Origin: an uncultured Anaerolineales bacterium
Lineage (GTDB): Bacteria; Chloroflexota; Anaerolineae; UBA1429
DNA length: 63,601 bases
Reading direction: 5' to 3'
Assembly: GCA_964651255.1 (NCBI GenBank)
Contig: CAZYWU010000002.1
Span: forward strand, 82,038-145,638
Of this stretch, positions 43,750-55,724 are shown piece after piece. Position numbers and translations under genes: made by a program. Positions within the stretch are counted from its first letter, which is position 1, and each line of letters begins with the position of its first letter. The notes beneath the pieces were generated by a model. The model made no database searches, was not told where the DNA came from, and saw nothing but the letters and a program-made list of their open reading frames with translations.

Positions 43750-46407
43750 ATGGCTCCCCCTTCTCTAATCACGCCTATCCGTCAGCAGTACCTGGACGTT
43801 AAACGCAACTATCCCGACGCCATCGTTTTTTTCCGGCTCGGCGACTTTTACGAGACCTTTGACGCAGATGCGCACGTGGTGGCCGAGCAGCTCGATATTG
43901 TCCTGACGTCACGCAATGTGGCCAAAGGCCAGCGGGTCCCGATGGCAGGCGTTCCGCATCACGCCGCTGAGGGCTATATTGCCAAGCTCATCGAGCAGGG
44001 CTTTAAGGTTGCCATCTGTGAGCAGATGGGCGACGAACCCATCAACGGGCTGGTGCCTCGGCAGGTAGTGCGCGTGGTGACCCCAGGGACCGTGATGGAA
44101 GCAGGGTTGTTGCCCGACAAGCGCAATAACTACCTCGTCAGTGTTGTACGAGACACCCATAGTATCGGCGTAGCGTATGTGGACATCTCTACCGGTGAAA
44201 TGGCAACTACTCAGTTCGCCGACTCCGACGGCCAGGCGCTCGTTCGGGAGTTGGATCGTTTGTCACCGGCAGAGGTAATCGTCAGTGACGGGGGGCAGCC
44301 TTGCTATGATCAGGGAACTGCTCATACGGCCGAGGCACACCGGCGTTATCCCGAGCTGGCAACACTCAGTGCGGCCGTCACTTTGTACGATGCGTGGCGC
44401 TTTGAGTACGGCAACAGCCGGCAGGCGCTCCTGGAGCAGTTCCGGGTTGAGACCCTGGCAGGCTTTGGCTGCGAAGACCTGCCGCTCGCGACACAGGCGG
44501 CCGGTGTCCTCGTTCAGTACCTGAAAGAGCACTCCTCTGGCGCGCTGGCCCAACTGGACACCCTCTCCACCTATTCGACCGACTCTTTCATGGCGCTGGA
44601 TATCTCGACCCGGCGCAACCTCGAACTGGTCGAGACTTTGCGTGACCGGACTCTCAAGGGCTCCCTCCTCTGGGTGTTGGATCACACCCTCACGCCCATG
44701 GGCGGCCGGCTGTTGCGACAATGGATCACCCAGCCACTCCTGGACCGCGCCCAGTTGGAGCAGCGGCAGTCTGCCGTTGAGGCCTGCCTGCAGAGCGCCA
44801 CGCACAGAGCAGCCTTGCGGGACATCCTGCGCGGCTTTGGAGACCTGGTACGCCTCTGTAATAGAGTCGTCCAGGGCATTGCCTCACCGCGCGACCTCCA
44901 GGGATTGCACGCCGCCCTGCTGCGCAGTGCAGAGCTCAAGGCAGCCCTCAGCGCTCTTGTTGCCCAGGTCCAGATGCCAGGGACAACCGAGCCCTTCCCG
45001 ATCGATCCGCAGGCCATCGACCCCTGCGAGGAGGCGGCCCGCTGGATCGAGGAGGCTATCGTGGACGATCCCCCTGCGGTGGTCGGAGGAGGACGGATGA
45101 TCCGCGCGGGTTACTCGCGCGAGCGCGACGGCATCGACGCCTCTGTCGCCGAGGCGCGTCGCTGGGTCGCCAGCTTGGAGGCCGCTGAGCGCTCGCGTAC
45201 AGGCATCAAGAGTCTCAAGGTGGGGTTCAACAAGGTATTTGGCTACTATATCGAGATCACCCGCTCCAACACCGACGCCGTGCCCGCCGAGTACATCCGC
45301 AAACAGACCCTGGTCAACGCTGAGCGCTATATCACCCCCGAGCTAAAGGAACGCGAGTCTCTGATCCTCCATGCCGAGGAGCGGGCCCAGGAGCTTGAGG
45401 CGGAGCTCTACAACGAACTGCTCGAACGTCTGCGTAACATCTCTGATCGGATCCGCGCCACAGCCACCGCCGTGGCGCATGTGGATGTATATCTGGCCCT
45501 TGCGCAGGCGGCCGCCGAATACGACTATGTGCGACCGGAGATGGGCGACGACAGAAGGATTGTTCTCAAGGCAGCTCGCCATCCCGTCGTGGAACGGACA
45601 CTGCCCTCGGGCAGCTTTGTGCCCAACGATGTTATGCTGGACACGGATCAGGCTATCCATTTGATCACCGGCCCCAACATGAGCGGAAAATCGACCTACC
45701 TGAGAATGGTGGCCTTGATCACGCTGATGGCCCAGATTGGATCATTTGTGCCGGCGGAGAGCGCCCACATTGGTCTGGTCGACCGTATCTTTAGCCGTGT
45801 CGGCGCGCAGGATGAGATCGCGTCCGGACAGAGCACCTTTATGGTGGAGATGGTCGAGCTCGCCAACATCCTGAACCATGCCACAGAACGCAGCCTGCTC
45901 ATCCTGGACGAGATCGGCCGCGGAACCAGCACCTACGACGGCATCTCTATCGCCTGGGCGGTGGTCGAGTACCTGCACAATCACCCCGGGCTGTGCCCGC
46001 GCACCCTCTTTGCCACCCACTACCATGAACTGACCGAGCTGGAGGCTTTCCTGCCTCACGTACACAACGAGAACGTCGCCGTACACTCGCAGGGCGATCA
46101 GGTCGTCTTTACGCACTTTATCGTCCCCGGAGGCGCGGACAGGAGCTATGGCATTCATGTGGCCGAGATGGCCGGGCTGCCGCGTGCCGTTGTCAGCCGT
46201 GCCCGCGAGATACTCAGCGATCTCGAAGGATCAGCCCGTCGCGTACCCGTTGCCTCTGGCGCCGCCATCATCAAAGTGCGGCAGCTTTCACTTTTGCCGG
46301 ACACTAACCCCGCCCTCGAGGCCCTGCGCGAGCTCAAGGTCGATGAGCTATCCCCGCTGGAGGCGCTGAACAGGCTGGCAGAGCTCCAGCGCCTGGCCAG
46401 GGGATGA
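43750..46407 (+). CDS. mutS: DNA mismatch repair protein MutS
   Basis: FFRLGDFYETF, PMAGVP, GPNMSGKSTY, GQSTFMVEM, DEIGRGTST, FATHYHEL, SYGIHVA. Confidence 0.98.
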   Translation: MAPPSLITPIRQQYLDVKRNYPDAIVFFRLGDFYETFDADAHVVAEQLDIVLTSRNVAKGQRVPMAGVPHHAAEGYIAKLIEQGFKVAICEQMGDEPINGLVPRQVVRVVTPGTVMEAGLLPDKRNNYLVSVVRDTHSIGVAYVDISTGEMATTQFADSDGQALVRELDRLSPAEVIVSDGGQPCYDQGTAHTAEAHRRYPELATLSAAVTLYDAWRFEYGNSRQALLEQFRVETLAGFGCEDLPLATQAAGVLVQYLKEHSSGALAQLDTLSTYSTDSFMALDISTRRNLELVETLRDRTLKGSLLWVLDHTLTPMGGRLLRQWITQPLLDRAQLEQRQSAVEACLQSATHRAALRDILRGFGDLVRLCNRVVQGIASPRDLQGLHAALLRSAELKAALSALVAQVQMPGTTEPFPIDPQAIDPCEEAARWIEEAIVDDPPAVVGGGRMIRAGYSRERDGIDASVAEARRWVASLEAAERSRTGIKSLKVGFNKVFGYYIEITRSNTDAVPAEYIRKQTLVNAERYITPELKERESLILHAEERAQELEAELYNELLERLRNISDRIRATATAVAHVDVYLALAQAAAEYDYVRPEMGDDRRIVLKAARHPVVERTLPSGSFVPNDVMLDTDQAIHLITGPNMSGKSTYLRMVALITLMAQIGSFVPAESAHIGLVDRIFSRVGAQDEIASGQSTFMVEMVELANILNHATERSLLILDEIGRGTSTYDGISIAWAVVEYLHNHPGLCPRTLFATHYHELTELEAFLPHVHNENVAVHSQGDQVVFTHFIVPGGADRSYGIHVAEMAGLPRAVVSRAREILSDLEGSARRVPVASGAAIIKVRQLSLLPDTNPALEALRELKVDELSPLEALNRLAELQRLARG

Positions 46408-48887
46408 AACGACAGAGACTGACTGCGCCGCTCTGCGCCCTGCTGGCCATTGTCATCGCCAGTGGTGTGCTGTGGGTCGTGAACCCTGAGCGAACCCGCA
46501 GGGGCATTGTGCAGGACCGTGCCACCCGCACCACCGCCGTACTGCAACCCGGCGTCACGCTTAGCCAGACCTTTACATCCCACGAGAATGGCCTCCAGGC
46601 GATCGCGCTCAAGCCGGCCATGGATGGCATGGCGCTCCCAGAGGTAACCCGGATGAGTTTGGTGCTGGAGCCTCTCGCAGGCGCGCCAAACGACGCGATC
46701 CGCATGGGCATCTCCCCCGTGCATCTCTCGCCAGACGGTACCCTCGTCGTTCGCTTTGCACCCCTGGAGGGCTCCAGGTCGACCCGGTACCAGCTGTCGC
46801 TGTCCTGTCCGAAAGGTTGCGGCTTTGGCCTGGCGGCATCCCGGCATGACAGCCTCGCGGAGGGCGAGTTAAGCGAGAACGGCGTCGCAGTCGACGGGGA
46901 CCTCTGGCTGACCACGTACTATTCCCAGACCTATCGAGACGTGGTGGCCGCTCTGCCAGGGATGCTGAGTCGTTGGTTACCAGGTCTACTGGCCGCCATC
47001 CTCCTGCTCTTTGGCCCGGGACTCGCCGGAACCCTGCTGCTGCTCGATGGCCGTCACAGTCAGCCGGCTGAGGCTCTGGGCCTGGCATTGGCCCTGAGCA
47101 TGGCGTTCTGGCCGTTGATGCTTCTCTGGATGAGCACCCTCCAGCTTGCCATGAGCGCATCGTGGGCATGGGCTATCACAGCCGGGTCGGTGCTCGTTGC
47201 GGCGGTCAGCGGGATGCGACGGATGGGCCAGCCGATACCCTCTCGCGTGGCCCCATGGGATGCGCCGCAGATCACGCTCATGATCATCACTCTGCTGGCT
47301 GTATTGCTCCGCCTGATCCAGGCCAGGGAATTGCTGGTACCCGCCTGGGTAGATTCAGTGCATCATACCATGCTGACTTCTCTCATCGTGGAGAAGGGCG
47401 TCATCCCGGTAAGCGGAGCGCCGTATATGGAGGCAGATGCGCTTCATTACCACTTTGGCTTTCATGCCCTGGGTGCCGTGCTCAGCTGGCTTGCCGATCT
47501 GCGCCCGGATCAGAGTGTACTGCTGATGGGACAGCTGCTGTCCGGCCTGGCTGGACTGCCTCTCTATGGGCTGGTGAATGCACTGGCACCGGCTTCCGGA
47601 GACCATCAGTCCCTGCCATGGCGCTGGGCCGGTGTGATTGCGGCCGCAGTGCCTGCCTTTCTGACCTATATGCCGGCCTACTGTGTCAGCTGGGGACGTT
47701 ATACACAGCTGGCCGGACTGGTCATGCTGCCGGCGCTGATGGCTCTGTCCCTTCAGCTGGTGACGTCGCCCCGGCGCAAGAAAGCAACGCTCACGCTCGC
47801 CTTTCTGGCAGCCGGACTGGCCCTCACCCACTATCGTATCCTGTTCTACTACGCCCTGCTGTGGCCAGCCTGCGCTCTCGTGGCCGCCGCTGGCGGCCTG
47901 GGCCCCCGGCGGGGCCTGCGCGCGATGCTGAATACAGCTCGGCAGGCGATCCGGTGCGCGGCACCCGCGCTGATCCTTATCGGACCGTGGGCACTGCATA
48001 TTGTAAAGAGCGCTCTGATTCCGAGGGCAGATCTGTACGGATCCTGGCTGGCCCCCCCGGGCATCGACACAGCACTTCCCGCAACGTTGCTGCACGCAGG
48101 GAACACGGAGTGGGTCCTGATACTGGCCGGCGCGGGCCTGATAGTTGCCGTCCTGCGCAGACGGGGGCCTGTCGCGCTGATTGGACTCTGGAGCGCTATC
48201 TGTCTGCTCGTGTCAGATCCTGGTATCGTGGGACTGCCAGGCTCCTGGTTTGTCCACGGCACCAGCGCGTTCATCAGCTATTGGTTGCCCGCCGGCGTGC
48301 TCATTGGCACGCTGGCCGCCGACCTGTTGTGGCTGCCTGCAACGCGTCTCTCCAGTCGAATTGCGAGAAGTGCGATCGGGATAGCACCGGTTCTCCTGGC
48401 CGGCTCCCTGGCCGCCGGAGCAACCCTGGCTCTCTGGTACCAGTCGGACGTGGTGAACTCGCAGACGGTGCTGCTGCAAGCGACGGATGTGCCCGCCATA
48501 GACTGGGCCAAGGAGCATCTGCCAGAGGACAGCCTGACGCTGGTAAACACAGAGCCGTGGCAGGCCGGGATGCCCCTGGGCTCTGATGCGGGGTGGTGGC
48601 TACCCTACCTCGCCGGGCGTACCGTAACGTTCCCTTCCGTGCTCGTTTCCCAGGGTAACGAGGAATACCGCATCAAGACCATGGATCTGGCTGAGGCCGT
48701 GATGCAATCCCAGGATCTGACATCTCCCACCTTTATCGCGGGCCTGGCCAGTGCTGGAGTCACGCACCTGTTCGTGGGGACGCGCGGGGGGCCCCTGCAA
48801 CCGGAGAGGCTCGATGATCCGCATTATGTCGAGCTTTACCGTTACGGCCCGACACGGATCTACCGGTTGGATGCAGACATCCACTGA
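46404..48887 (+). CDS. Multi-pass membrane protein, GT-C/DUF6541-like, with N-terminal extracellular domain
   Basis: About 12 or more hydrophobic segments; PAWVDSVHH, YHFGFH, WGRYTQL; soluble C-terminal domain. ATGA overlap with mutS. Confidence 0.6.
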   Translation: MKRQRLTAPLCALLAIVIASGVLWVVNPERTRRGIVQDRATRTTAVLQPGVTLSQTFTSHENGLQAIALKPAMDGMALPEVTRMSLVLEPLAGAPNDAIRMGISPVHLSPDGTLVVRFAPLEGSRSTRYQLSLSCPKGCGFGLAASRHDSLAEGELSENGVAVDGDLWLTTYYSQTYRDVVAALPGMLSRWLPGLLAAILLLFGPGLAGTLLLLDGRHSQPAEALGLALALSMAFWPLMLLWMSTLQLAMSASWAWAITAGSVLVAAVSGMRRMGQPIPSRVAPWDAPQITLMIITLLAVLLRLIQARELLVPAWVDSVHHTMLTSLIVEKGVIPVSGAPYMEADALHYHFGFHALGAVLSWLADLRPDQSVLLMGQLLSGLAGLPLYGLVNALAPASGDHQSLPWRWAGVIAAAVPAFLTYMPAYCVSWGRYTQLAGLVMLPALMALSLQLVTSPRRKKATLTLAFLAAGLALTHYRILFYYALLWPACALVAAAGGLGPRRGLRAMLNTARQAIRCAAPALILIGPWALHIVKSALIPRADLYGSWLAPPGIDTALPATLLHAGNTEWVLILAGAGLIVAVLRRRGPVALIGLWSAICLLVSDPGIVGLPGSWFVHGTSAFISYWLPAGVLIGTLAADLLWLPATRLSSRIARSAIGIAPVLLAGSLAAGATLALWYQSDVVNSQTVLLQATDVPAIDWAKEHLPEDSLTLVNTEPWQAGMPLGSDAGWWLPYLAGRTVTFPSVLVSQGNEEYRIKTMDLAEAVMQSQDLTSPTFIAGLASAGVTHLFVGTRGGPLQPERLDDPHYVELYRYGPTRIYRLDADIH

Positions 48888-48893
48888 CGCTCG

Positions 48894-50813
48894 CTAGGAT
48901 TGCTCCTGAGCGTCCCGCTCCATCTGTACCAGCGTTTCGGCCACCTGATCGATAGCCACACGCTGTTTGCGGTAATAGTCCGATTCACTCACGGCCAGAC
49001 GCCGAACCACGTCTTGAATCTTGTATCCCTGAACAAAGCGCAGATCGAGGATATTGTACACCAGCCACTCCGCCGAGGTCATGGAACGGGGCCCCTCGGG
49101 TTTGAGTCGCTCAATCGCCTCGTGAAGCACAGCACGCATCGCCTTGACGGGCACATTGTCATTCTCTGGCATGGCCCGCTGCACGGCATGCAACTTCCGC
49201 AACTCGCTCTGCGTCAGTTTCGGTCCGCCCCACAGCTGAGTGAGCGCCTCCTTGACCATCTGTGAAAAGTCAGGTGAGTGAACCGGGCTCGTCTCTAGCG
49301 AAGCCAGAGCCTCTTCGCTGACACTGAACGGGCTGGAACGCCAGCCCTGAATCTGGTCGAGTTCATCGTCGAGAGTCTGCACCAGAGCAAACACCTGCTG
49401 CTGCAGGCGCATATCTTCGAGCGCCATCTCAGCGCGCCGCACCAGACCGTGGGCGGCATCGATCTGCTCGCGGGTATAGTCAGCGGCCAGATTCGCTGCC
49501 CTGAAACCCAGAATACCTGTGACCGACTGGTCCGAACGGCTCCGGAGAGGGAGAAGGAGATGCCCATCGCTGGTCACAAAGTCCTCATTCGCAAGGGAGC
49601 CCTCGCCCCGGCTCTCTGCCAGGTCCTGCACCAATTGGGGCAACGAGGCCTGCTCCAGAAAGGCTTCAGCAGCCGCACGGGAACCAGAAAAGACCCTGAT
49701 TCGCAGGTCTTCATCCTGCACGGTCACCACAAAGCCAGAGGGGGCGCGCAGCACCTCGCAGAGAGCAACCAGCGTGTTCTCCAGCAGCTGTTGCAGGTCC
49801 GTCGATGTAAGCAGACGCTGGTCCAGTGACTGCAGCCAGGAGATCTCTTGTCGGTCTTTGCGATAGATCAGCCTGTCCAGCGCCGGTTTGGCAAGACTGA
49901 TGACCACTTGGAGAGCTACAACCGCACCCGCTACCGCAATGACCATGATGGTATCTCGTGGCAATCCGAGGATCTCCGGCACATGCGGGATGCTTAGCAT
50001 GATGACTACGACGACGATGGCCACTGCCGTGCCACGCATCAAAAAGTGCAGCAGCTGGTGCTTGACCACACGATCGGGGAGCAAGACCCCCTGATAGGCC
50101 ACCGTATACGCGATCACGATCGTCATCACAGCGATCGCGACGTTACCTGCCAGCGTGACCAGCATAACCACGAGCGAGGCGACACTGCCGATGACGAGGG
50201 GGAGCAACAGGTAGGGAAGGACACCAACGGTCGGCGCCAGAATGGCGATCATCAGGTACCCCATGCGCCGGCGCGAAGTAGAGGTCAGACATGCGTTACG
50301 TGCTCTGGTGATGTTGGTCCAGCCCACAACGCACGTCAGCGTATAATAGGCCACTGATAGCCAGAACAGGGCGCCGGGCACAAGGGTGTAACGAGACTGT
50401 ACTTGCTCCACGCCCGTAAAAAGCAGATCTGAGGAGGCCGCCATGGCGACAGCCGCGGCACTGGCCAGATAAGCAGTATAAACACTCAAGCGGCGGAGAC
50501 GAGAGGCATGCCCTGTGGAGCTCAGTACCGCATCGGAGAAATGCAGATATGCCGCCGGGACAAAGATAATCCCCGCCCATTGTACTCGCAGCCAGAGATA
50601 CGCCGCATCGGCGGTCGCCCCACCATTCAAGGTGAGCTCGACGACATAAACGAGCGTCACAAAAGCGACCATCGCGCAAAAAGCACGCGCCACCGGGCTC
50701 TTCCAGTTGTGCGTCAGAATGTAGACGAACAAAGAAAAGCCGATGATGACGTTGGCAGATGCGAGCAGCAGATTGCTGAACGCTACGATGGATTCGAGAG
50801 AAATTCCAGACAT
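48894..50813 (-). CDS. Membrane sensor: HisKA_7TM-like N-domain, GAF-like domain, C-terminal sigma4-like HTH; no kinase domain
   Basis: About 9 TM segments, LDRLIYR junction, GAF-like segment, C-terminal ILDLRFVQGYKIQDVVRRLAVSESDYYRKQ. No H-box or N/G1/F/G2 boxes. Confidence 0.7.
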   Translation of the reverse strand: MSGISLESIVAFSNLLLASANVIIGFSLFVYILTHNWKSPVARAFCAMVAFVTLVYVVELTLNGGATADAAYLWLRVQWAGIIFVPAAYLHFSDAVLSSTGHASRLRRLSVYTAYLASAAAVAMAASSDLLFTGVEQVQSRYTLVPGALFWLSVAYYTLTCVVGWTNITRARNACLTSTSRRRMGYLMIAILAPTVGVLPYLLLPLVIGSVASLVVMLVTLAGNVAIAVMTIVIAYTVAYQGVLLPDRVVKHQLLHFLMRGTAVAIVVVVIMLSIPHVPEILGLPRDTIMVIAVAGAVVALQVVISLAKPALDRLIYRKDRQEISWLQSLDQRLLTSTDLQQLLENTLVALCEVLRAPSGFVVTVQDEDLRIRVFSGSRAAAEAFLEQASLPQLVQDLAESRGEGSLANEDFVTSDGHLLLPLRSRSDQSVTGILGFRAANLAADYTREQIDAAHGLVRRAEMALEDMRLQQQVFALVQTLDDELDQIQGWRSSPFSVSEEALASLETSPVHSPDFSQMVKEALTQLWGGPKLTQSELRKLHAVQRAMPENDNVPVKAMRAVLHEAIERLKPEGPRSMTSAEWLVYNILDLRFVQGYKIQDVVRRLAVSESDYYRKQRVAIDQVAETLVQMERDAQEQS

Positions 50814-50829
50814 ACCACCCTGGACTTGC

Positions 50830-51627
50830 TCACCACGCCGACCCTGATAGAAGCAAGGCGGCATAATACACGGCCGGAGCCACGAACAGGAGACTATCGA
50901 TGCGATCAAGCATCCCGCCGTGGCCCGGGATCAGTGTGCCCGAGTCCTTGGCGCCCGCCTGGCGCTTGATCACCGACTCGGCGAGGTCGCCCAGCGTTGC
51001 GGCGGTGACCAACACCAGCCCAAGTACTATACCCTGCCAGTGGCCCAGGTCCAATCCAAAGCGCGCGATGGCCCAGACAGAGGTGATTCCAAAGATCAGC
51101 CCTCCACCGACGCCCTCCCAGGACTTGGCCGGGCTGATGGCATGGGCCAGTTTTCGCTTTCCCAGGCGGCTGCCCAGCCAGTATGCTCCGGTATCGCTGA
51201 TCCAGGTACCGAGGAGCGCGAGCGCGACCCAGATCAAGCCATTGTCCAGCGCACGAAGAGAGACAAAATGCGCCAGCCCCAGACCGATGTACAGGCTTGC
51301 AACGGTCACGCCCCAGCTCTCCAGAGATCCCTCGCGGTTATGATGAAAGATCTCGACCGTGAGGCTTACGGCCGCCAGAAAAAAGACCGCCGGACGAAGA
51401 ATACCTTGCCCGGCAAGCTGGGCATCGAGCACCGCCAGCAAGACAAAGATCAGGCTCGCGACGGTCGTTGGGCGCAACCCAACCGACCGTGCGAGAGTAC
51501 AGTATTCCAGTGTGGCCAGCACACCGGCCAGAGCCAATCCGCCAGCGAGATACCAACCACCGAGATAGACCAGCAACGCAACGAGAGGTATCAGAACTGC
51601 AGCACTCAAGACTCGCTTTGTCAGCAC
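50830..51627 (-). CDS. cdsA: Phosphatidate cytidylyltransferase
   Basis: SDTGAY..G..LGK.KL...ISP.KSWEG, GDL.ES..KR..G.KDSG.LIPGHGG.LDRIDS. GTG start with GAGGAGG. Confidence 0.95.
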   Translation of the reverse strand: MLTKRVLSAAVLIPLVALLVYLGGWYLAGGLALAGVLATLEYCTLARSVGLRPTTVASLIFVLLAVLDAQLAGQGILRPAVFFLAAVSLTVEIFHHNREGSLESWGVTVASLYIGLGLAHFVSLRALDNGLIWVALALLGTWISDTGAYWLGSRLGKRKLAHAISPAKSWEGVGGGLIFGITSVWAIARFGLDLGHWQGIVLGLVLVTAATLGDLAESVIKRQAGAKDSGTLIPGHGGMLDRIDSLLFVAPAVYYAALLLSGSAW

Positions 51628-51661
51628 TGACAGCCTCCTCAGGTGCGCCAGCGATACCAAG

Positions 51662-52405
51662 TCAGGACGTCTTTTCCAGACCGCCAAAGCGGCGGTGTCG
51701 CGACTGAAATGCCTGAATCGCCCGTATCAGCTCCGTGCGATCGAAATCGGGCCAAAGCGTCGGTGTCGAGTAAAACTCTGCATAGGCCGCCTGCCAGATC
51801 ATAAAGTTGCTCAGGCGCATCTCTCCTGCCGTCCGGATGATCAGATCAGGGTCAGGCTGATCGGCGGTGGAGAGGTGAGCAGAGATCGTTTCCTCATCGA
51901 TATCCTCGGGCCTGATGCCGGCCCGTACGATCTCCCGCACCGCATCGACGATGTCCGCTCTACCGCCATAGTTGAACGCAACGTTCACCGTCATGGCAGT
52001 ATTGTTGCGTGTCTTTTCCTCAGCAGCTTCTATGGCCCGCGCCAGAGATCGGTCGAGCTCGGCGCGACGTCCGAGTATGCGCACGCGCACGCCTCTCTGG
52101 TCGAGTTCGTCAATCTCGCGCTGCAAGAAATTCCGTGCGAGCATCATGAGGGCACGCACTTCTGGTCGTGGCCGTGACCAGTTCTCCGTCGAAAAGGCGT
52201 ACACGGTGACGGTGTGAATGCTCAGATCGCCAGCAGCTTGAAGTACGGCCCTGAGATTCTCCGCGCCCGCCCTGTGGCCCTCCGTGCGCGGCAAACCGCG
52301 TGCTTGCGCCCAGCGACCGTTCCCGTCCATGATGATACCTACGTGGGCAGGCATACGGTCAGGATTCAGATCCAGGGCGCCCTCAGTGCGAGTCTCGGAA
52401 CTCAC
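51662..52405 (-). CDS. uppS: Undecaprenyl diphosphate synthase
   Basis: HVGIIMDGNGRWA, YAFSTENW, NYGGR, DPDLIIRT.GE.RLSNF..WQ. Confidence 0.97.
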   Translation of the reverse strand: MSSETRTEGALDLNPDRMPAHVGIIMDGNGRWAQARGLPRTEGHRAGAENLRAVLQAAGDLSIHTVTVYAFSTENWSRPRPEVRALMMLARNFLQREIDELDQRGVRVRILGRRAELDRSLARAIEAAEEKTRNNTAMTVNVAFNYGGRADIVDAVREIVRAGIRPEDIDEETISAHLSTADQPDPDLIIRTAGEMRLSNFMIWQAAYAEFYSTPTLWPDFDRTELIRAIQAFQSRHRRFGGLEKTS

Positions 52406-52962
52406 TAGAACTCCATGATCTCGGCCTGCTTTTGCTCGCCGAGTTCGTCTGCCCTGGCGATATACTCATCGGTCAGCGACTGGAGATCTTCCCTGGCCTT
52501 GAAATAGTCGTCTTCAGAGATCTCTCCCTCTTTTTCCAGATCCGTCAGAGACTTGAGTGCGTCGCGCCGCAGGTTGCGGATGGCCACACGCGCCTCTTCC
52601 GTGCGGCGGTTCACGAGCCGTGCGAGATCGTGCCGTCGCTCATCGGTCAGCGGAGGAACGGACAGCCGGATGATCCTGCCATCATTGTTGGGCGTGAGAC
52701 CCAGATCAGACTTTAGTATGGCCCGCTCGATCGCACTCAGGGTGCTAACATCCCACGGCCGAATGGTGATCAAGCGAGGTTCTGGAACTGCTACGGTGGC
52801 CATCTGGTTCAGCGGCAGAACGCTGTCGTAGGCTTCAACGCGGATGCGATCGAGGAGCGCGGGCGATGCCCGGCCGGTGCGGATGCCTGTCAGATCCGAG
52901 CGCAGAGCCGTAATGGCCTTTTCCATGCGCTCTTCAGCATCGAGCAAAATCTCATCAATCAC
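52405..52962 (-). CDS. frr: Ribosome recycling factor
   Basis: IRTGRA.P.LLD, PNNDG, P.LT.ERR, R.AIRN.RRDA. GTG start with GAGGAGG. Confidence 0.97.
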   Translation of the reverse strand: MIDEILLDAEERMEKAITALRSDLTGIRTGRASPALLDRIRVEAYDSVLPLNQMATVAVPEPRLITIRPWDVSTLSAIERAILKSDLGLTPNNDGRIIRLSVPPLTDERRHDLARLVNRRTEEARVAIRNLRRDALKSLTDLEKEGEISEDDYFKAREDLQSLTDEYIARADELGEQKQAEIMEF

Positions 52963-53055
52963 TGTTTCGCCTCCTCGGATTATGTTACTGCTCATGAGCC
53001 CGTGTGCCAACTGTCGGCACAGCGCTCCCCCCGAGGGCAGGTGACCTCTACCCCT

Positions 53056-54466
<1,411 letters not shown>

Positions 54467-54504
54467 GGTCGTGTATCCTCTCGATATATATAGTCTCTAG
54501 CGAA

Positions 54505-54529
54505 AAGCCGGGAACAGGGCCCCCGGCTT
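54505..54529 (-). terminator. Attenuator/terminator hairpin between rpsB and tsf
   Basis: AAGCCGGG / CCCGGCTT stem, followed by TT on the minus strand. Confidence 0.6.
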
Positions 54530-54561
54530 GATCATCAGCCTATGTGCCTGCTCACGAACCA

Positions 54562-55443
54562 CTACAGTTCGGAATCGTCCTCGCTGTCATCATCATCCAC
54601 GATGATGATATCTTCCTCATCCTCGTCAGCCATGTCTACAACCGGACGTGCCGCGCGTGTCTCGGGGCCGTCGTACTCGTCTTCGTACTCGGCGTAAGAG
54701 TCCGGTGCGTAGCGATCATGGACAGAGACCTCTCCACCCTCTTCCGCCATTACGATGCCGCGCATCTGCTGTCCTTCGATCACGGCGTCCGCCACAGTGG
54801 ACATGATAAGCAGGATAGCACGGATAGCGTCATCGTTCGAGGGAATGATATAGTCGATCGGTTCCGGATCGCAGTTCGTATCCACCATCGCGATGACCGG
54901 GATATCCAGGCGATTCGCCTCCTTCACAGCGATGTCCTCAGTGCTCACGTCGGCGATAATGAGGGCATCTGGAAGCTGGTTCAGATTTCGCAGGCCGCCG
55001 AGCCGGCGATGCAATCGCGAGAGTTCACGCGAGAGCATGGTGGCTTCTTTCTTCGGAAGGCGATCCCAGTCTCCTCGCTCCCGTCGCCTCTCCAGCTCCA
55101 GCATATATTCGATCCGGGCCCGGATCGTCGTAAAGTTTGTGAGGGTACCGCCCAGCCAGCGTTGTGCCACGTAGGGCATGCCACAACGCTCCGCCTGCTC
55201 GCGCACACTGTCCTGGGCCTGGCGCTTGGTGCCTACAAAGATCACCGTTCCGCCCTCGGCGGCGATGTCACGGACAACCTCATAGGACCGTTCCAGTGCC
55301 TGAATGGTCTGCTGCAGATCGATAATGTGGATCCCATTGCGCTCGGTAAAGATGTAAGGGCGCATCTTGGGATTCCACCGGCGGCTTCGATGCCCAAAAT
55401 GGACACCAGCCTCCAGCAACTGCTTCATCGTCACAACCGGCAT
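54562..55443 (-). CDS. rpsB: 30S ribosomal protein S2 with acidic tail
   Basis: [44 protein letters not shown]. Confidence 0.98.
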   Translation of the reverse strand: MPVVTMKQLLEAGVHFGHRSRRWNPKMRPYIFTERNGIHIIDLQQTIQALERSYEVVRDIAAEGGTVIFVGTKRQAQDSVREQAERCGMPYVAQRWLGGTLTNFTTIRARIEYMLELERRRERGDWDRLPKKEATMLSRELSRLHRRLGGLRNLNQLPDALIIADVSTEDIAVKEANRLDIPVIAMVDTNCDPEPIDYIIPSNDDAIRAILLIMSTVADAVIEGQQMRGIVMAEEGGEVSVHDRYAPDSYAEYEDEYDGPETRAARPVVDMADEDEEDIIIVDDDDSEDDSEL

Positions 55444-55531
55444 GCTTCCTCCTCGTTGGTCCGTCCGCCTCTGCTGCCTGCGCATTACACCGGCCAGGCC
55501 GGCACGAGTCTCTCACTACAGAAGCGTGTTT
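55444..55531 (-). promoter_or_regulatory. rpsB (S2) autoregulatory leader-like structure
   Basis: Minus strand: ACAC-GCTTCTG ... CAGAGGCG form an 8-bp stem with an inner GCCGGC/GCCGGT hairpin, then ...CCAAC-GAGGAGG. Resembles the rpsB leader (ACACAC / GGAGGC..AAC). Confidence 0.65.
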
Positions 55532-55573
55532 GATAATGTGGGCGCACTTGCTGCCAGGCACACCCAAGTAACT

Positions 55574-55635
55574 ACTATATCACGAGAACCAGCCATTCGC
55601 AAATAGTTGAGTAGCACTCCTACCTGTGATATACT
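55574..55635. promoter_or_regulatory. Divergent extended -10 promoters for rpsB and the Trm112 operon
   Basis: GTGATATAGT on minus (55574-55583) and GTGATATACT on plus (55626-55635). Confidence 0.5.
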
Positions 55636-55724
55636 CCTGGGCGTTCCATGCACGATAGCCAGTCCTCAGCAGCCGCGCAGAGGCGCAGATCCGGCAAAGC
55701 ATATCCCATCATCGTGGAGGCGAC

